Source: an uncultured bacterium
Lineage (GTDB): Bacteria > Patescibacteriota > Minisyncoccia > UBA6257 > 2-01-FULL-56-20
DNA length: 64,000 nt
NCBI GenBank assembly: GCA_963696395.1
Contig: CAVOJZ010000002.1
Coordinates: forward strand, 848,619-912,618
Direction of reading: 5' to 3'
Part shown: positions 1 to 9,393 of the stretch, piece by piece
Layout of the letters: each line of letters starts with the position of its first letter
Numbering within the stretch: position 1 is the stretch's first letter
The notes under the pieces: generated by a model
Databases searched by the model: none
What the model saw: only the letters and a program-made list of their open reading frames with translations
What the model was told of the DNA's origin: nothing
Position numbers and translations under genes: made by a program

Positions 1-207
1 CATGAAGTGCTCGCAAAGTACAGTGCCGCGAAGGTGCTTTTGAAGCCGGCAAGCAAGGGACACGGTCTCCGCGCCGGTGGCAGCGTTCGCTTCGTATTGG
101 CGTTCGCCGGCATAAAAGACGCGACAGCGAAGATTCTTGGCCGCACACCGAACAAGCTCACGAACGCCATGGCAACGCTCGAGGCGCTCAAAAAATTGAA
201 AGCCTAA
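1..207 (+). CDS. rpsE: 30S ribosomal protein S5, C-terminal part (truncated by window start)
   Basis: KVLLKPASKGHGLRAGGSVRFVL..AGIKD..AKILG S5 C-domain motif; directly upstream of rplO-secY. Confidence 0.95.
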   Translation, partial: HEVLAKYSAAKVLLKPASKGHGLRAGGSVRFVLAFAGIKDATAKILGRTPNKLTNAMATLEALKKLKA

Positions 208-208
208 C

Positions 209-640
209 ATGATTAATCTTCCTTCCATACAAAAGAAATCCCAGCGCATCGGACGCAGCGGAAAGCGCGGCAGCTATTCCGGCCGTGGCGTAAAGGGACA
301 GAAGTCCCGCTCCGGTCATCGCATCCGTCCTGCCGAGCGCGATCTCATCATGCGCATTCCAAAGATGCGCGGTTTCCGCAATAAGCCGAAAGATGCAATT
401 CCGGAAGTATTCAATCTCTCACTCCTCTCGGTTCGCTTGAAGCCGTATATAAAAGGATCCACCCCGGTTGAGCTCACGAACGAGCTTTTGCGCACGGCGC
501 GGCTTGTCCGGAAAGATTTCAACGGCATCGTAAAGATTTTGGGGACAGGGGAGATGGCATTCCCGATTACCGTTTCCGGCATCAAGGTTTCGGCAGGCGC
601 CCGGAAAAAAATTGAGAAAGCTGGCGGCAGCGTAAAATAA
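209..640 (+). CDS. rplO: 50S ribosomal protein L15
   Basis: RIGRSGKRGSYSGRGVKGQKSRSG and VKILGTG...VSAGARKKIEKAGG motifs; spc operon position. Confidence 0.96.
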   Translation: MINLPSIQKKSQRIGRSGKRGSYSGRGVKGQKSRSGHRIRPAERDLIMRIPKMRGFRNKPKDAIPEVFNLSLLSVRLKPYIKGSTPVELTNELLRTARLVRKDFNGIVKILGTGEMAFPITVSGIKVSAGARKKIEKAGGSVK

Positions 641-1912
641 ATGGACCGGCTCCTCCAAATTTTCAGAGTTCCCGAACTTCGCAAAAAGATTCTGATCGTT
701 GCGGGGATTTTGGTGTGCTATCGCGTGCTCGCGGCAATTCCGATTCCGGGCATCAATGCCGTGGCGCTTCAGAATTATTTTAATTCCAACCAACTTCTCG
801 GATTTTTGAACTTCTTCTCCGGCGGCGGTCTCGTCACGCTGTCGGTTGTCATGTTGGGCGTGGGACCGTACATCACCTCCACGATTATCATGCAGCTCAT
901 GACGATCATCTTCCCGAGTATGAAGGAGATGTACTACGAGGAAGGCGCCCGTGGCCAGGCAAAATTCAACCAGTATTCGCGTCTGCTTACGGTTCCGCTC
1001 GCGCTCGTTCAGGCCTACGGCTTCCTCACACTCCTCATTTCGCAGGGTGTTATTCCGCGGCCAGACCCGTTCCATTTTGCAACCAACGTCATCGTGATCA
1101 CCTGCGGTTCTATGATCGCCCTCTGGCTTGGTGAACTCATCACCGAACAGAAAGTGGGCAACGGCATTTCACTCATCATCATGGCCGGTATCATCAGCCG
1201 TTTGCCTTCAGCCGTCGGCACGGCTATCGCGGCTTATACGCCGTCGATGCTCACTCCGTATCTCGGCTTCCTCATCATTGGCATCGCCCTCATTGCCGGC
1301 ATTGTGTACCTGAATGAAGGCGAACGAAAGATTCCGGTTGCCTATGCCCGCCGTGTTCGTGGCAATAAAATGTACGGCGGTGCTTCGAGCTACCTGCCGC
1401 TCAAAGTGAACCAGGCCGGTATGATTCCTTTGATTTTCGCGATTTCGGTTTTACTTTTCCCGCAATTTCTTGCCCAGCTGCTCACCCTCGTTTCAACGAG
1501 TTGGGCGTTGAAAGTAAACGCATTTGCGACCGGATTTTTGAATAACCATTTGTATTACGGCATTTTCTACTTCCTGCTTGTTTTCGCCTTTACGTATTTC
1601 TATACGGCGATCACCTTCAACCCGGAAGAGGTTGCGAAGAACCTCCAGCGGAGTGGTGGATTCGTTCCAGGTATCCGCCCAGGCGAGAGCACAGAAAAAT
1701 TCTTCGGCTCAATCGTTAACCGCATTACATTGTTCGGCGCAAGCTTCCTCGGCTTTATCGCCATTCTGCCGCTCATCGTGCAGGCGTTGACGGGCATCGC
1801 CGTCGTGACCATCAGCGGCACCGCTTTGCTCATCGTGGTGGCCGTTGCACTTGAAACAATGCGTCAGATTGACTCACAGCTCACGGTTCGGGAATACGAA
1901 GGAATAGAATAG
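641..1912 (+). CDS. secY: Preprotein translocase subunit SecY
   Basis: About 10 TM segments; LGVGPYITSTII, WLGELITE.KVGNGISLII, YLPLKVNQAG, GGFVPGIRPG motifs. Confidence 0.98.
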   Translation: MDRLLQIFRVPELRKKILIVAGILVCYRVLAAIPIPGINAVALQNYFNSNQLLGFLNFFSGGGLVTLSVVMLGVGPYITSTIIMQLMTIIFPSMKEMYYEEGARGQAKFNQYSRLLTVPLALVQAYGFLTLLISQGVIPRPDPFHFATNVIVITCGSMIALWLGELITEQKVGNGISLIIMAGIISRLPSAVGTAIAAYTPSMLTPYLGFLIIGIALIAGIVYLNEGERKIPVAYARRVRGNKMYGGASSYLPLKVNQAGMIPLIFAISVLLFPQFLAQLLTLVSTSWALKVNAFATGFLNNHLYYGIFYFLLVFAFTYFYTAITFNPEEVAKNLQRSGGFVPGIRPGESTEKFFGSIVNRITLFGASFLGFIAILPLIVQALTGIAVVTISGTALLIVVAVALETMRQIDSQLTVREYEGIE

Positions 1913-1995
1913 GGAACTACGCGCGGAAATAAAAAATCCCGCCCAAGATATTTTTTTGGGCGGAGTGGGAGCATTGGACCATGGGCGTCCAAACA

Positions 1996-2565
1996 CTAAA
2001 CGATGATGTGGGATTTGTGCCGGGCGATGGGATATTGCATCACTTCAATCTCGTTCTTCACCAGGTTCAGGCCATAGACGCAGTCTTCGAATTTCTGCGA
2101 AAGCAGAGCAAACGTAGGTGCGACTTTTGCATGCTCGTATTGGTCGAATCTGGAAACGATGTAATAGCTCTCCTTCCCGGCCTTCATCCAGTCAACAAAA
2201 TTTTCAACGCGCTGGCGGCGCAAACGGAAATGATTGATGCTCTCCGGATACATCCCGGCGAAAAACAAGGTGAAATCGCCGATATGTTTTCGCACTTCCC
2301 GTTCACGCTCAAAGGAAGGGGCAGGGCCGTAAATGGGGTCCGACTCGATCAGCATCTCGCCGAGATCGAAGATCGGGGTTCCATCGTTGCCGTAGGCCCT
2401 CTTGAGTAATAGCTCTTTATAAGAACAGAACTTGGCAAGCAGGTCGGTGATATACTGCAAAACCGCCGGATCGTTAAACCGAAGTTCGTTCTTGAAATGT
2501 AGATTGATGAGCGGGGCGAACAATTGTTCCAGCAGTTTCGGTTCGGTAACCTCGTTAATCATCAA
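1996..2565 (-). CDS. Conserved hypothetical protein (recalled as Acidobacteriota-like family)
   Basis: 189-aa ORF with AAGGGAGG SD; motif ESDPIYGPAPSFEREREVRKHIGDFTLFFAGMYPESI...GKESYYIVS. Confidence 0.75.
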   Translation of the reverse strand: MMINEVTEPKLLEQLFAPLINLHFKNELRFNDPAVLQYITDLLAKFCSYKELLLKRAYGNDGTPIFDLGEMLIESDPIYGPAPSFEREREVRKHIGDFTLFFAGMYPESINHFRLRRQRVENFVDWMKAGKESYYIVSRFDQYEHAKVAPTFALLSQKFEDCVYGLNLVKNEIEVMQYPIARHKSHIIV

Positions 2566-2656
2566 CGGCCTCCCTTGCTGCTTTTAGCATAGAGGAAATC
2601 AAATATTGCGCAAGTACCGGTCTGGCCAGTCCGGTTTGTTAGGATTAAAGGAATCC

Positions 2657-3313
2657 ATGCCCGACCTTAGCCTTGGTATTGTCCTTGTCCTCATCACTCT
2701 TTTTGGCGCATTTAGTAATTATTTAAACTGGCGGTATTTGAATAACGGCATTATCCGTCTTTTATACTACGTCGGCGCTTTTGTGCATGAGATGTCGCAT
2801 GCGGTGGTGTGCCTGCTTACGGGGGCAAAAATTAAGCAGATTGCCATTTTCTGCGAACAACCGCAGGTTGTGCACCAAAAATCAAAGATTCCGTTCCTGG
2901 GAGAACTTTTAATATCTGCTGCACCGATAGCCGGGGGATTGCTATTTTTGTTTCTCATGAATCGTTATGTTCTGGGAAATTATTTCGTATTACCGGCGAT
3001 TGCGAATGTCAACGATTGGCGATCCATTCTCATGGAGCCGCTTGCCATCGTCTCGCAGATCAATCTGCTTCAATGGCAAAGCTGGGTTATGATACTGTTA
3101 TTTTTTAATGTCGGCGCCATGATCGGCCCTTCGCTCAGAGACTTGAGGAACGTTTGGCCCGCACTCATCGTACTTTTCTTTGTGCAGTCGTCTTTGCTTG
3201 CGGGTATCGGACTCATGGCGCTCGGTTTGATATTTGTAAACATTATTCTGCAGGTTCTTGTTATTGTTCCCTCGGAAATCGGCTCTCTTGCGATGCGGGA
3301 GCGAGTGAGTTGA
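2657..3313 (+). CDS. M50/M50B-like intramembrane zinc metalloprotease
   Basis: HEMSH (HExxH) inside a TM helix, ISAAP motif, multiple TMs, PS.RD; ATG at 2657 preferred over TTG at 2606. Confidence 0.75.
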   Translation: MPDLSLGIVLVLITLFGAFSNYLNWRYLNNGIIRLLYYVGAFVHEMSHAVVCLLTGAKIKQIAIFCEQPQVVHQKSKIPFLGELLISAAPIAGGLLFLFLMNRYVLGNYFVLPAIANVNDWRSILMEPLAIVSQINLLQWQSWVMILLFFNVGAMIGPSLRDLRNVWPALIVLFFVQSSLLAGIGLMALGLIFVNIILQVLVIVPSEIGSLAMRERVS

Positions 3314-3367
3314 CGAATTGGCTTGAATATAGTATGATAGTTTTAGTGGCAGCCCCAAGGAGGGGAT

Positions 3368-3823
3368 ATGCATAAACTTTTTGGCACGCTATGGTTTGCG
3401 ATGTTTTTCGTCGCATCAGCCCTTTCCGCCCAGGTTTTGTTCCCCCCGCAGGGTGCAAATGGTTGGATCGAAGGAGCGTCCGGGGAAAAAGGGTTTTTTA
3501 CGGAATTTGTTTCAGAGGACAAGAACTGCATCGTGAGTGTCAGTAAGAACGGGAAGAAAGTTCGGATTCAGGCATCCGAAAAATCCAAAAACGATTTTCT
3601 CGTGGAGAGCGCTACCGTCACGAGTCGTTCTTTCCTGAAGCTGATTCCAAGGAAGTCCCGGTTCGATCTTGTTTTTCGTGAACAGCACGACGGCAATCCC
3701 GTACAAGAAGTGCGTGGCGACGACGGTACGCCCGACATCATTGCACTGAAGTACGCTCAGCTTGCACAGCGGCTCCCGGCATGGGTCAAAAAATCATTTA
3801 AGAACCATTTTGACCTCAAGTGA
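3368..3823 (+). CDS. Secreted hypothetical protein
   Basis: AAGGAGGGG SD, signal peptide (ending ALSA-Q), hairpin+T terminator downstream. Confidence 0.7.
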   Translation: MHKLFGTLWFAMFFVASALSAQVLFPPQGANGWIEGASGEKGFFTEFVSEDKNCIVSVSKNGKKVRIQASEKSKNDFLVESATVTSRSFLKLIPRKSRFDLVFREQHDGNPVQEVRGDDGTPDIIALKYAQLAQRLPAWVKKSFKNHFDLK

Positions 3824-3843
3824 AACAGAGTAATTTCGTTCCA

Positions 3844-3870
3844 GCCCGCGATTCATCGCGGGCTTTTTTT
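3844..3870 (+). terminator. Intrinsic terminator
   Basis: GCCCGCGAT-tc-ATCGCGGGC followed by T-run. Confidence 0.75.
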
Positions 3871-3871
3871 G

Positions 3872-3913
3872 CAAAAAAACCCGGCAGGGAGGGATTGGAC
3901 CTCGCTGCCGGGG
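3872..3913 (-). terminator. Intrinsic terminator of the minus-strand orphan
   Basis: Reverse complement reads CCCGGCAG...CTGCCGGG-TTTTTTT. Confidence 0.6.
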
Positions 3914-3930
3914 ACGTTGATACGCAGTGC

Positions 3931-4182
3931 TTACTGCGTAGTGCGGGGCTGTTGCTTGAGCCAGGCTTTCTTGAGTGCTTCGACTTCTTGTTTAAGCCGT
4001 AACCTCTCAGGATCGTGGCCGGGTATGCCGCCGCGCGGCCGGACAGATAGACGCATCTTCCGGTCTTGAGCCAGGCGCATTGCCTGACTTGCGATGCCGT
4101 TCGGTTGGTGAATACCGGCGGGCGCATCGCAGCTGTTCGCCAGAGCCATTGGTCCGTCGCGGAGCCGTTTGTGGTCTTCCAT
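3931..4182 (-). CDS. Small basic hypothetical protein (83 aa)
   Basis: GGAG upstream of ATG 4182; own terminator; C-terminal helix ERLRLKQEVEALKKAWL. Confidence 0.5.
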   Translation of the reverse strand: MEDHKRLRDGPMALANSCDAPAGIHQPNGIASQAMRLAQDRKMRLSVRPRGGIPGHDPERLRLKQEVEALKKAWLKQQPRTTQ

Positions 4183-4297
4183 GAAGAGACTCCAATCAGG
4201 TAATGTTTGGCTGAACGACCACAGATTACCATAATTTTTAAATTTAAGCAACGCAATCACCATTTCCAAAAATCGATTTTCTTGTTAAACTATTTGC

Positions 4298-4975
4298 ATG
4301 CGTAAGATTGTTGTTGTACTCTACGGCCCGCCCGGTGCAGGGAAGGGCACGCAAGCGAATTTGCTTGCCAATAAACTCGACCTCATCCATTTCGATACGG
4401 GGAAATTTTTGGAATCAATCGTTCACGATCCGCATCGCCAGCATGAAAAAATTGTAAAACGCGAACGGAAGCTTTTTGACGGTGGAAAATTGATGACGCC
4501 AAGCTTTGTGACGGGCGAAGTGATGCGGGAAGCGCAGCGCATTTCAAAAGCGGGCTGGGGAATTGTCTTGAGCGGTTCGCCGCGAACCATGTACGAGGCG
4601 CAAAAACTGTATCCACTTTTCTCAAAGTTGTACGGGAAGAAGAACGTGAATATTTACGTGCTTGATCTTCCGGCTTCGGGATCCATCACGCGCAATGGCG
4701 CACGCATGGTGTGCGGCGAGTGCGGCTATCTTTTGCTCACGGCGTTTTATCCGCATCGGAAGCCGAAACATTGCCCGGTCTGCGCAGGCCCATTTTATAA
4801 GCGCAGTTTGGATAAGCCAAGCGTCATTAAAATTCGATTAAAAGAATATGAAAAGCGGACATTCCCGATTTTTGCCTATGTAAAAAAGCACGGCTATACG
4901 CTTCGCCACGTTGACGCCCGCCCGGCGCCGTATAAAGTGATGGAGCACATTTATGGTCACTTTAAAAACGAATGA
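4298..4975 (+). CDS. adk: Adenylate kinase (Zn-lid type)
   Basis: GPPGAGKGTQA P-loop; CGEC...CPVC lid; upstream of map. Confidence 0.92.
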   Translation: MRKIVVVLYGPPGAGKGTQANLLANKLDLIHFDTGKFLESIVHDPHRQHEKIVKRERKLFDGGKLMTPSFVTGEVMREAQRISKAGWGIVLSGSPRTMYEAQKLYPLFSKLYGKKNVNIYVLDLPASGSITRNGARMVCGECGYLLLTAFYPHRKPKHCPVCAGPFYKRSLDKPSVIKIRLKEYEKRTFPIFAYVKKHGYTLRHVDARPAPYKVMEHIYGHFKNE

Positions 4976-5714
4976 GGAGATAGAGATCATGGCCACGGGA
5001 GGAGTAATCCTCGCGGGCGTTCTTCGGCGACTTGAAGCGGAAACCAAAGTTGGCGTGGCGACCATTGAACTTGACCGTTTGGCACGCCTGCTCATCACGG
5101 GTGCCGGAGCAAAGCCGGCTTTTTTGCACTACCGTCCCGCGGGAGCCAGCAAGTCATATCCGTATACGTTGTGCGCTTCGGTTAACGACGTTGTCGTGCA
5201 CGGCCAGCCATCGGTGTATAAAATTCGCGAAGGGGATCTTGTAAAACTCGATCTCGGGTTGAAATATCAAGGGCTTTATCTTGATGCGGCGATTACGGTT
5301 CCGGTGGGCGATGTCGGTGCGAAAGCAAAGAAGTTGATCGAAACCACAAAAGGCGCGCTCGAAGCAGCGGTGAAAGAAGCCAAGCCGGGGAATTCGCTTG
5401 GTGATATTGGCTACGCCGCGCAGAGAGTCGTTGAGAAAAATAAATTTTCGGTGGTCGAAGGGCTTACCGGTCACGGCATCGGAACCGCGCTTCACGAAGA
5501 TCCGACAGTTTTTAATTTCGGACGCAAAGGACAAGGCGAGGATTTGGAAGTTGGCATGGTTATCGCCATCGAACCTATGGTCGCCATAGGGGATGGCGCG
5601 ATCAGGCAATTGCTCGATGAAAGCTATGGAACCGCGGACGGCTCGCTCGCCGCGCATTTTGAGTATACGGTTGCGATTACGGCAAAGGGCCCGCGCATTT
5701 TAACAAAAATATAG
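4953..5714 (+). CDS. map: Methionine aminopeptidase type I
   Basis: CASVNDVVVHG, DLG...D.A.T, GHGIG..LHE, AIEPM motifs. Confidence 0.96.
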   Translation: MVTLKTNEEIEIMATGGVILAGVLRRLEAETKVGVATIELDRLARLLITGAGAKPAFLHYRPAGASKSYPYTLCASVNDVVVHGQPSVYKIREGDLVKLDLGLKYQGLYLDAAITVPVGDVGAKAKKLIETTKGALEAAVKEAKPGNSLGDIGYAAQRVVEKNKFSVVEGLTGHGIGTALHEDPTVFNFGRKGQGEDLEVGMVIAIEPMVAIGDGAIRQLLDESYGTADGSLAAHFEYTVAITAKGPRILTKI

Positions 5715-5746
5715 CGAGGGGTTTGCTATACTAGTGGTATATCCCC

Positions 5747-6493
5747 ATGGCTCAGCCATACCTCTCAATCATTATTCCGGCCTATAATGAGGCCGAGCGT
5801 ATTCCGAAGACGCTGCTTGATATTGACCGGCGCCTTGAACACGCGGAATATTCCTACGAAATTTTGGTGGTGAATGACGGTTCAAAAGACAATACTGCCG
5901 AGATCGTGCGGAATATGACGAAGGCCGTCCGGAATCTAAAAGTCATTGACCTCAAAGACAACCTTGGCAAGGGCGCCGCCGTACGTCAGGGTATGCTCCT
6001 TTCGAGTGGGAAGATCCGGCTTTTCACCGACGCAGACAATTCGACATCGATTGATCAGTTCAACGGCATGATGCCGTTTTTTAAAGAAGGCTTCGATGTG
6101 ATCATCGGTTCGCGCGCTATTGCCGGAGCAAAGCTCGATCCAGCGGAGCCGATTTTCAAACAGATCCCCGGCAAACTCGGAAACCTTTTCATCCAGGCAC
6201 TTTTACTTCCCGGCATCTGGGATACCCAATGTGGTTTCAAGGCGTTCACCGACGAAGCCGCCGAAAAGATATTTACCATTTCAAAAATCACCGGCTGGGG
6301 ATTTGACGTAGAAATCCTTTCGCTCGCAAAGCTGAAAAGCTATAAAATCAAGGAAATTCCGGTCTATTGGGTGAACGATACCCGGTCGCATGTCGGCGCG
6401 TCCGCCTACTTGAAAGTTTTGTCCGAAACGATTAAAATTCGCCTATGGCTGTGGAGGAAGCAATACGACCCTCCAAGCACAGTTCAAACCTGA
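5747..6493 (+). CDS. GT2 glycosyltransferase (dolichyl-phosphate beta-glucosyltransferase-like)
   Basis: SIIIPAYNE, VVNDGSKD, NLGKG.A, FTDAD, DTQCGFK, GFDVEIL. Confidence 0.92.
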   Translation: MAQPYLSIIIPAYNEAERIPKTLLDIDRRLEHAEYSYEILVVNDGSKDNTAEIVRNMTKAVRNLKVIDLKDNLGKGAAVRQGMLLSSGKIRLFTDADNSTSIDQFNGMMPFFKEGFDVIIGSRAIAGAKLDPAEPIFKQIPGKLGNLFIQALLLPGIWDTQCGFKAFTDEAAEKIFTISKITGWGFDVEILSLAKLKSYKIKEIPVYWVNDTRSHVGASAYLKVLSETIKIRLWLWRKQYDPPSTVQT

Positions 6494-6556
6494 GAAAAGT
6501 CGCATTCCGGCCTCCCCGCCGGAATTTCTTAACCTAAATACGAATCATTAATTACT

Positions 6557-7015
6557 ATGAGCAAGCAATATGTCACCAGGGAGCGGCTCGAGGAATTTAA
6601 AGCCGAGCTCGAAGAACTCAAAAACACGCGCCGGTTGGAAGTGGCGCAGCGGTTGAAGCAGGCGAAAGAATACGGCGACCTTTCGGAAAATTCCGAATAC
6701 GTTGAAGCTCGCGAAGAGCAGGCAAATGTCGAAACGCGCATCGGGGAGCTTGAGGATCTCGTGAAGAATGCCGTGATCATCGAAAAGTCCGAGGGCGGAG
6801 ACACGGTGCAGGTCGGTTCGACCATAACCGTGAAGAAGGGAGATAAGACGGCAACCTACACGATCGTCGGTGCGTACGAAGCAAAACCGGAAGAAGGAAA
6901 AATTTCCGATGAGTCACCGTTGGGCCGTGCATTCCTCAAGCGCAAGGCGGGAGATTCGGTGAATATCGCGACGCCGGCCGGCGCCATGACGTACGAGATC
7001 AAGGAGATCAAATAA
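6557..7015 (+). CDS. greA: Transcription elongation factor GreA
   Basis: GDLSENSEY and IS.ESPLGRA motifs. Confidence 0.97.
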   Translation: MSKQYVTRERLEEFKAELEELKNTRRLEVAQRLKQAKEYGDLSENSEYVEAREEQANVETRIGELEDLVKNAVIIEKSEGGDTVQVGSTITVKKGDKTATYTIVGAYEAKPEEGKISDESPLGRAFLKRKAGDSVNIATPAGAMTYEIKEIK

Positions 7016-7018
7016 GCG

Positions 7019-7744
7019 ATGGTGGAATTTTCCCACGTTACGAAGACTTTCAAGAAGCGCAAAAGCGCGGTGAATGATTTTTCCCTGACGGTTGATGTTC
7101 CGATTTTTGGATTTCTTGGCCAGAACGGCGCAGGGAAGACGACGATCATGAAAATGACGGTTGGGTTGCTCGCGGCGACGAGCGGTACGATTTTGATTGA
7201 CGGCAAGCCGTCAACGGACGAAGACTCCAAGAAAAAAATGGGCTTCATGCCGGAAACGCCGTACTTCTACGAAACGATGACAGGTTTGGAATTTCTGCGT
7301 TTTAGCGACGAATTGTTCGAATCCACTGACGGCAAAAAGAAACAATACGACGACCTTCTGAAGAAAGTGGGTATTTTCGACGCGCGGAACTTCCAGATCA
7401 AGACTTATTCAAAAGGCATGCGCCAGCGCCTTGCATTTGCCCAGGCGCTTGTTAACGATCCGCAATATCTTTTTCTCGACGAGCCTCTCGACGGCCTCGA
7501 TCCGCTCGGCCGCCGGGAAATGAAAGAGGTGATGCTTGCACTCAAAAAAGAAGGGAAGAATATTTTCCTCAACACACATATTCTGTACGACGTCGAAGAG
7601 ATGTGCGATGAGGTCGGCGTGATCCATGCGGGAAAACTTCTCTACGCAGGATCGGTGAAAGGCTTTTCGCAGGGGAAAACCCTTGAAGAACGCTTTACGG
7701 AAACGCTCGCCGAGCACGAAGGAAAAACACTTGTCCATGCGTAA
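7019..7744 (+). CDS. ABC transporter ATPase (ABC-2 / PilH-like)
   Basis: GQNGAGKTT, YSKGMRQR, LFLDEP.DGLDPLGR, TH. Confidence 0.93.
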   Translation: MVEFSHVTKTFKKRKSAVNDFSLTVDVPIFGFLGQNGAGKTTIMKMTVGLLAATSGTILIDGKPSTDEDSKKKMGFMPETPYFYETMTGLEFLRFSDELFESTDGKKKQYDDLLKKVGIFDARNFQIKTYSKGMRQRLAFAQALVNDPQYLFLDEPLDGLDPLGRREMKEVMLALKKEGKNIFLNTHILYDVEEMCDEVGVIHAGKLLYAGSVKGFSQGKTLEERFTETLAEHEGKTLVHA

Positions 7745-8501
7745 TATTTGGATTATCGCCAAGAATACGTTCAAGCTCGAGGTTCGCGAGAAGATTTTAT
7801 ATGCGATCGTGGTCTTTGCCGTGCTCTATATGCTTTCGTCGCTTTTTCTTGCGGACCTTGTCTTAAAGGAGTTGCCGATGGTGAAAAGCTTTGCACTTTC
7901 GGGCGTCTATTTCTTTAACGCTATCCTCGCAATATTTCTTGGCACGACATCGTTCTTTAAGGACATCGACCGTAAAGTGGTTTATTTTATCCTTTCAAAA
8001 CCCGTCTCCCGCGCGCAATTCCTGCTCGGTAAATACTTTGGACTCTGTATGGTACTGCTTGCAACGACGCTCATTTTTATGGTTGCTTATCTTGGCGTCG
8101 TTGCCTATGAAGGCGGCGGATTCGATGCGATGGGCATTCTTGCCATTGCGATGCAATATCTCGAGATGATGCTTTTCCTCGCGTTCGCAACCTTCGTTTC
8201 AACCTTCTCAACGTCCTTGCTTTCCATCGTTTACACGTCGGCGGTTTTCTTTGCCGGTCATGTGGTGAGCGCCCTCCTTACGGATGCGAAAGCGGTAAAC
8301 ATTGTCGGATTTAAATATCGGATGGTTCAGGTGCTTTATTATGTTTTCCCGAATCTCGAAAAATTCGATATCAGGGATTTCGCCGTACACAGCGTTGCCG
8401 CGCCGCTTCAGTCAACGCTTCTCGCGATTGTTTATGCCGCGGTGTATATCGTTCTTCTTCTCACGGCCGGAATCTGGATTTTTGAAAAGAAAGAAATCTA
8501 G
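7737..8501 (+). CDS. ABC-2 type permease (PilI-like)
   Basis: IAKNTFK.EVREKILY, DIDRKVVYFILSKPVSR..FLLGKY.G, FPNLEKF, C-terminal FEKKEI. Confidence 0.88.
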   Translation: MRNIWIIAKNTFKLEVREKILYAIVVFAVLYMLSSLFLADLVLKELPMVKSFALSGVYFFNAILAIFLGTTSFFKDIDRKVVYFILSKPVSRAQFLLGKYFGLCMVLLATTLIFMVAYLGVVAYEGGGFDAMGILAIAMQYLEMMLFLAFATFVSTFSTSLLSIVYTSAVFFAGHVVSALLTDAKAVNIVGFKYRMVQVLYYVFPNLEKFDIRDFAVHSVAAPLQSTLLAIVYAAVYIVLLLTAGIWIFEKKEI

Positions 8502-8503
8502 CG

Positions 8504-9391
8504 ATGGCGAAACGAAGCCTCGGAGCTGTTTCAAAAACGATAATCCTTGTCCTTCTCATAATCGTCATCGTTGTCGTGCAGTACGATTACGATCTTTCGA
8601 GTTCGCAGGTTCCTGCCGGTCTTGCGGGCTATACGTCGCCGGAATTTATCCGTATGGTTGATATGGGCTTCAACTCGACGATTGCTTCGGCTTTGTGGGC
8701 GGGAACCATGCCCGAAGTGCTCGATCTCTTTAACAACAAAACGGAATACCTGAACGACGTTGCCTATGTGATTGCCGTTGATCCTAGGATGAGCTATCCG
8801 TATGCTTTTTCGGTGCTGACGCTGCCGGCGATTCCGAAAGCCCGCTGGGCAGGGGATGCGAGCGATACGCTCGCGCTCGCAATCGGACAGCAGGGCATTC
8901 TGAATGCGGATCCAGACTGGCGCATTCCTTATTACATGGCCATCGATTATTATCTCGACGTTAAAGATACAAAAAGTGCTTTGGAATATTTTGATATCGC
9001 CGGCCGCACGCCGGGAGTACCCGAGTACGCCGAACGTTTTGCCTTGAACTTTGGCATCGGCACCAATGACCGGGCAAAGACGGAAGAGTTGTGGGCGACC
9101 ATCGCGAGCTCGACGAATGACGAGGCCACTCAGGAGCGTGCGAGGGCATACGTAACCCGGCTCCAGATTTTCGATTACCTCGAAGCCGCCGCAAAGCTTT
9201 ATAAGGCTCAAATTGGAGTGTATCCAACGTCTACCGGGGAGCTGGTGACAGCAGGAATTATTCCCTACGTGCCCGATGATCCTTTCGGTTTCACTTTTAT
9301 TTTTCGTTCCGGCGGTCAGGCTGACATAGATTTGAACAAAGCACCGACGGTTGCGCCGCCGGTGCTCGATCAGCTGGAAGCTCCGAAGTAG
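8504..9391 (+). CDS. Membrane-anchored helical/TPR-like protein (PilG/XapA-like)
   Basis: N-terminal TM; DP..SYPY, WRIPYY, YKAQIGVYP...ELV.AGII..VP.DPFG C-terminal motif; operonic with the ABC pair. Confidence 0.55.
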   Translation: MAKRSLGAVSKTIILVLLIIVIVVVQYDYDLSSSQVPAGLAGYTSPEFIRMVDMGFNSTIASALWAGTMPEVLDLFNNKTEYLNDVAYVIAVDPRMSYPYAFSVLTLPAIPKARWAGDASDTLALAIGQQGILNADPDWRIPYYMAIDYYLDVKDTKSALEYFDIAGRTPGVPEYAERFALNFGIGTNDRAKTEELWATIASSTNDEATQERARAYVTRLQIFDYLEAAAKLYKAQIGVYPTSTGELVTAGIIPYVPDDPFGFTFIFRSGGQADIDLNKAPTVAPPVLDQLEAPK

Positions 9392-9393
9392 CA

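Noticed and set aside
207-209. Missing rpmD (L30) between rpsE and rplO
   Set aside because: Real, but an established CPR hallmark; used only as taxonomic evidence
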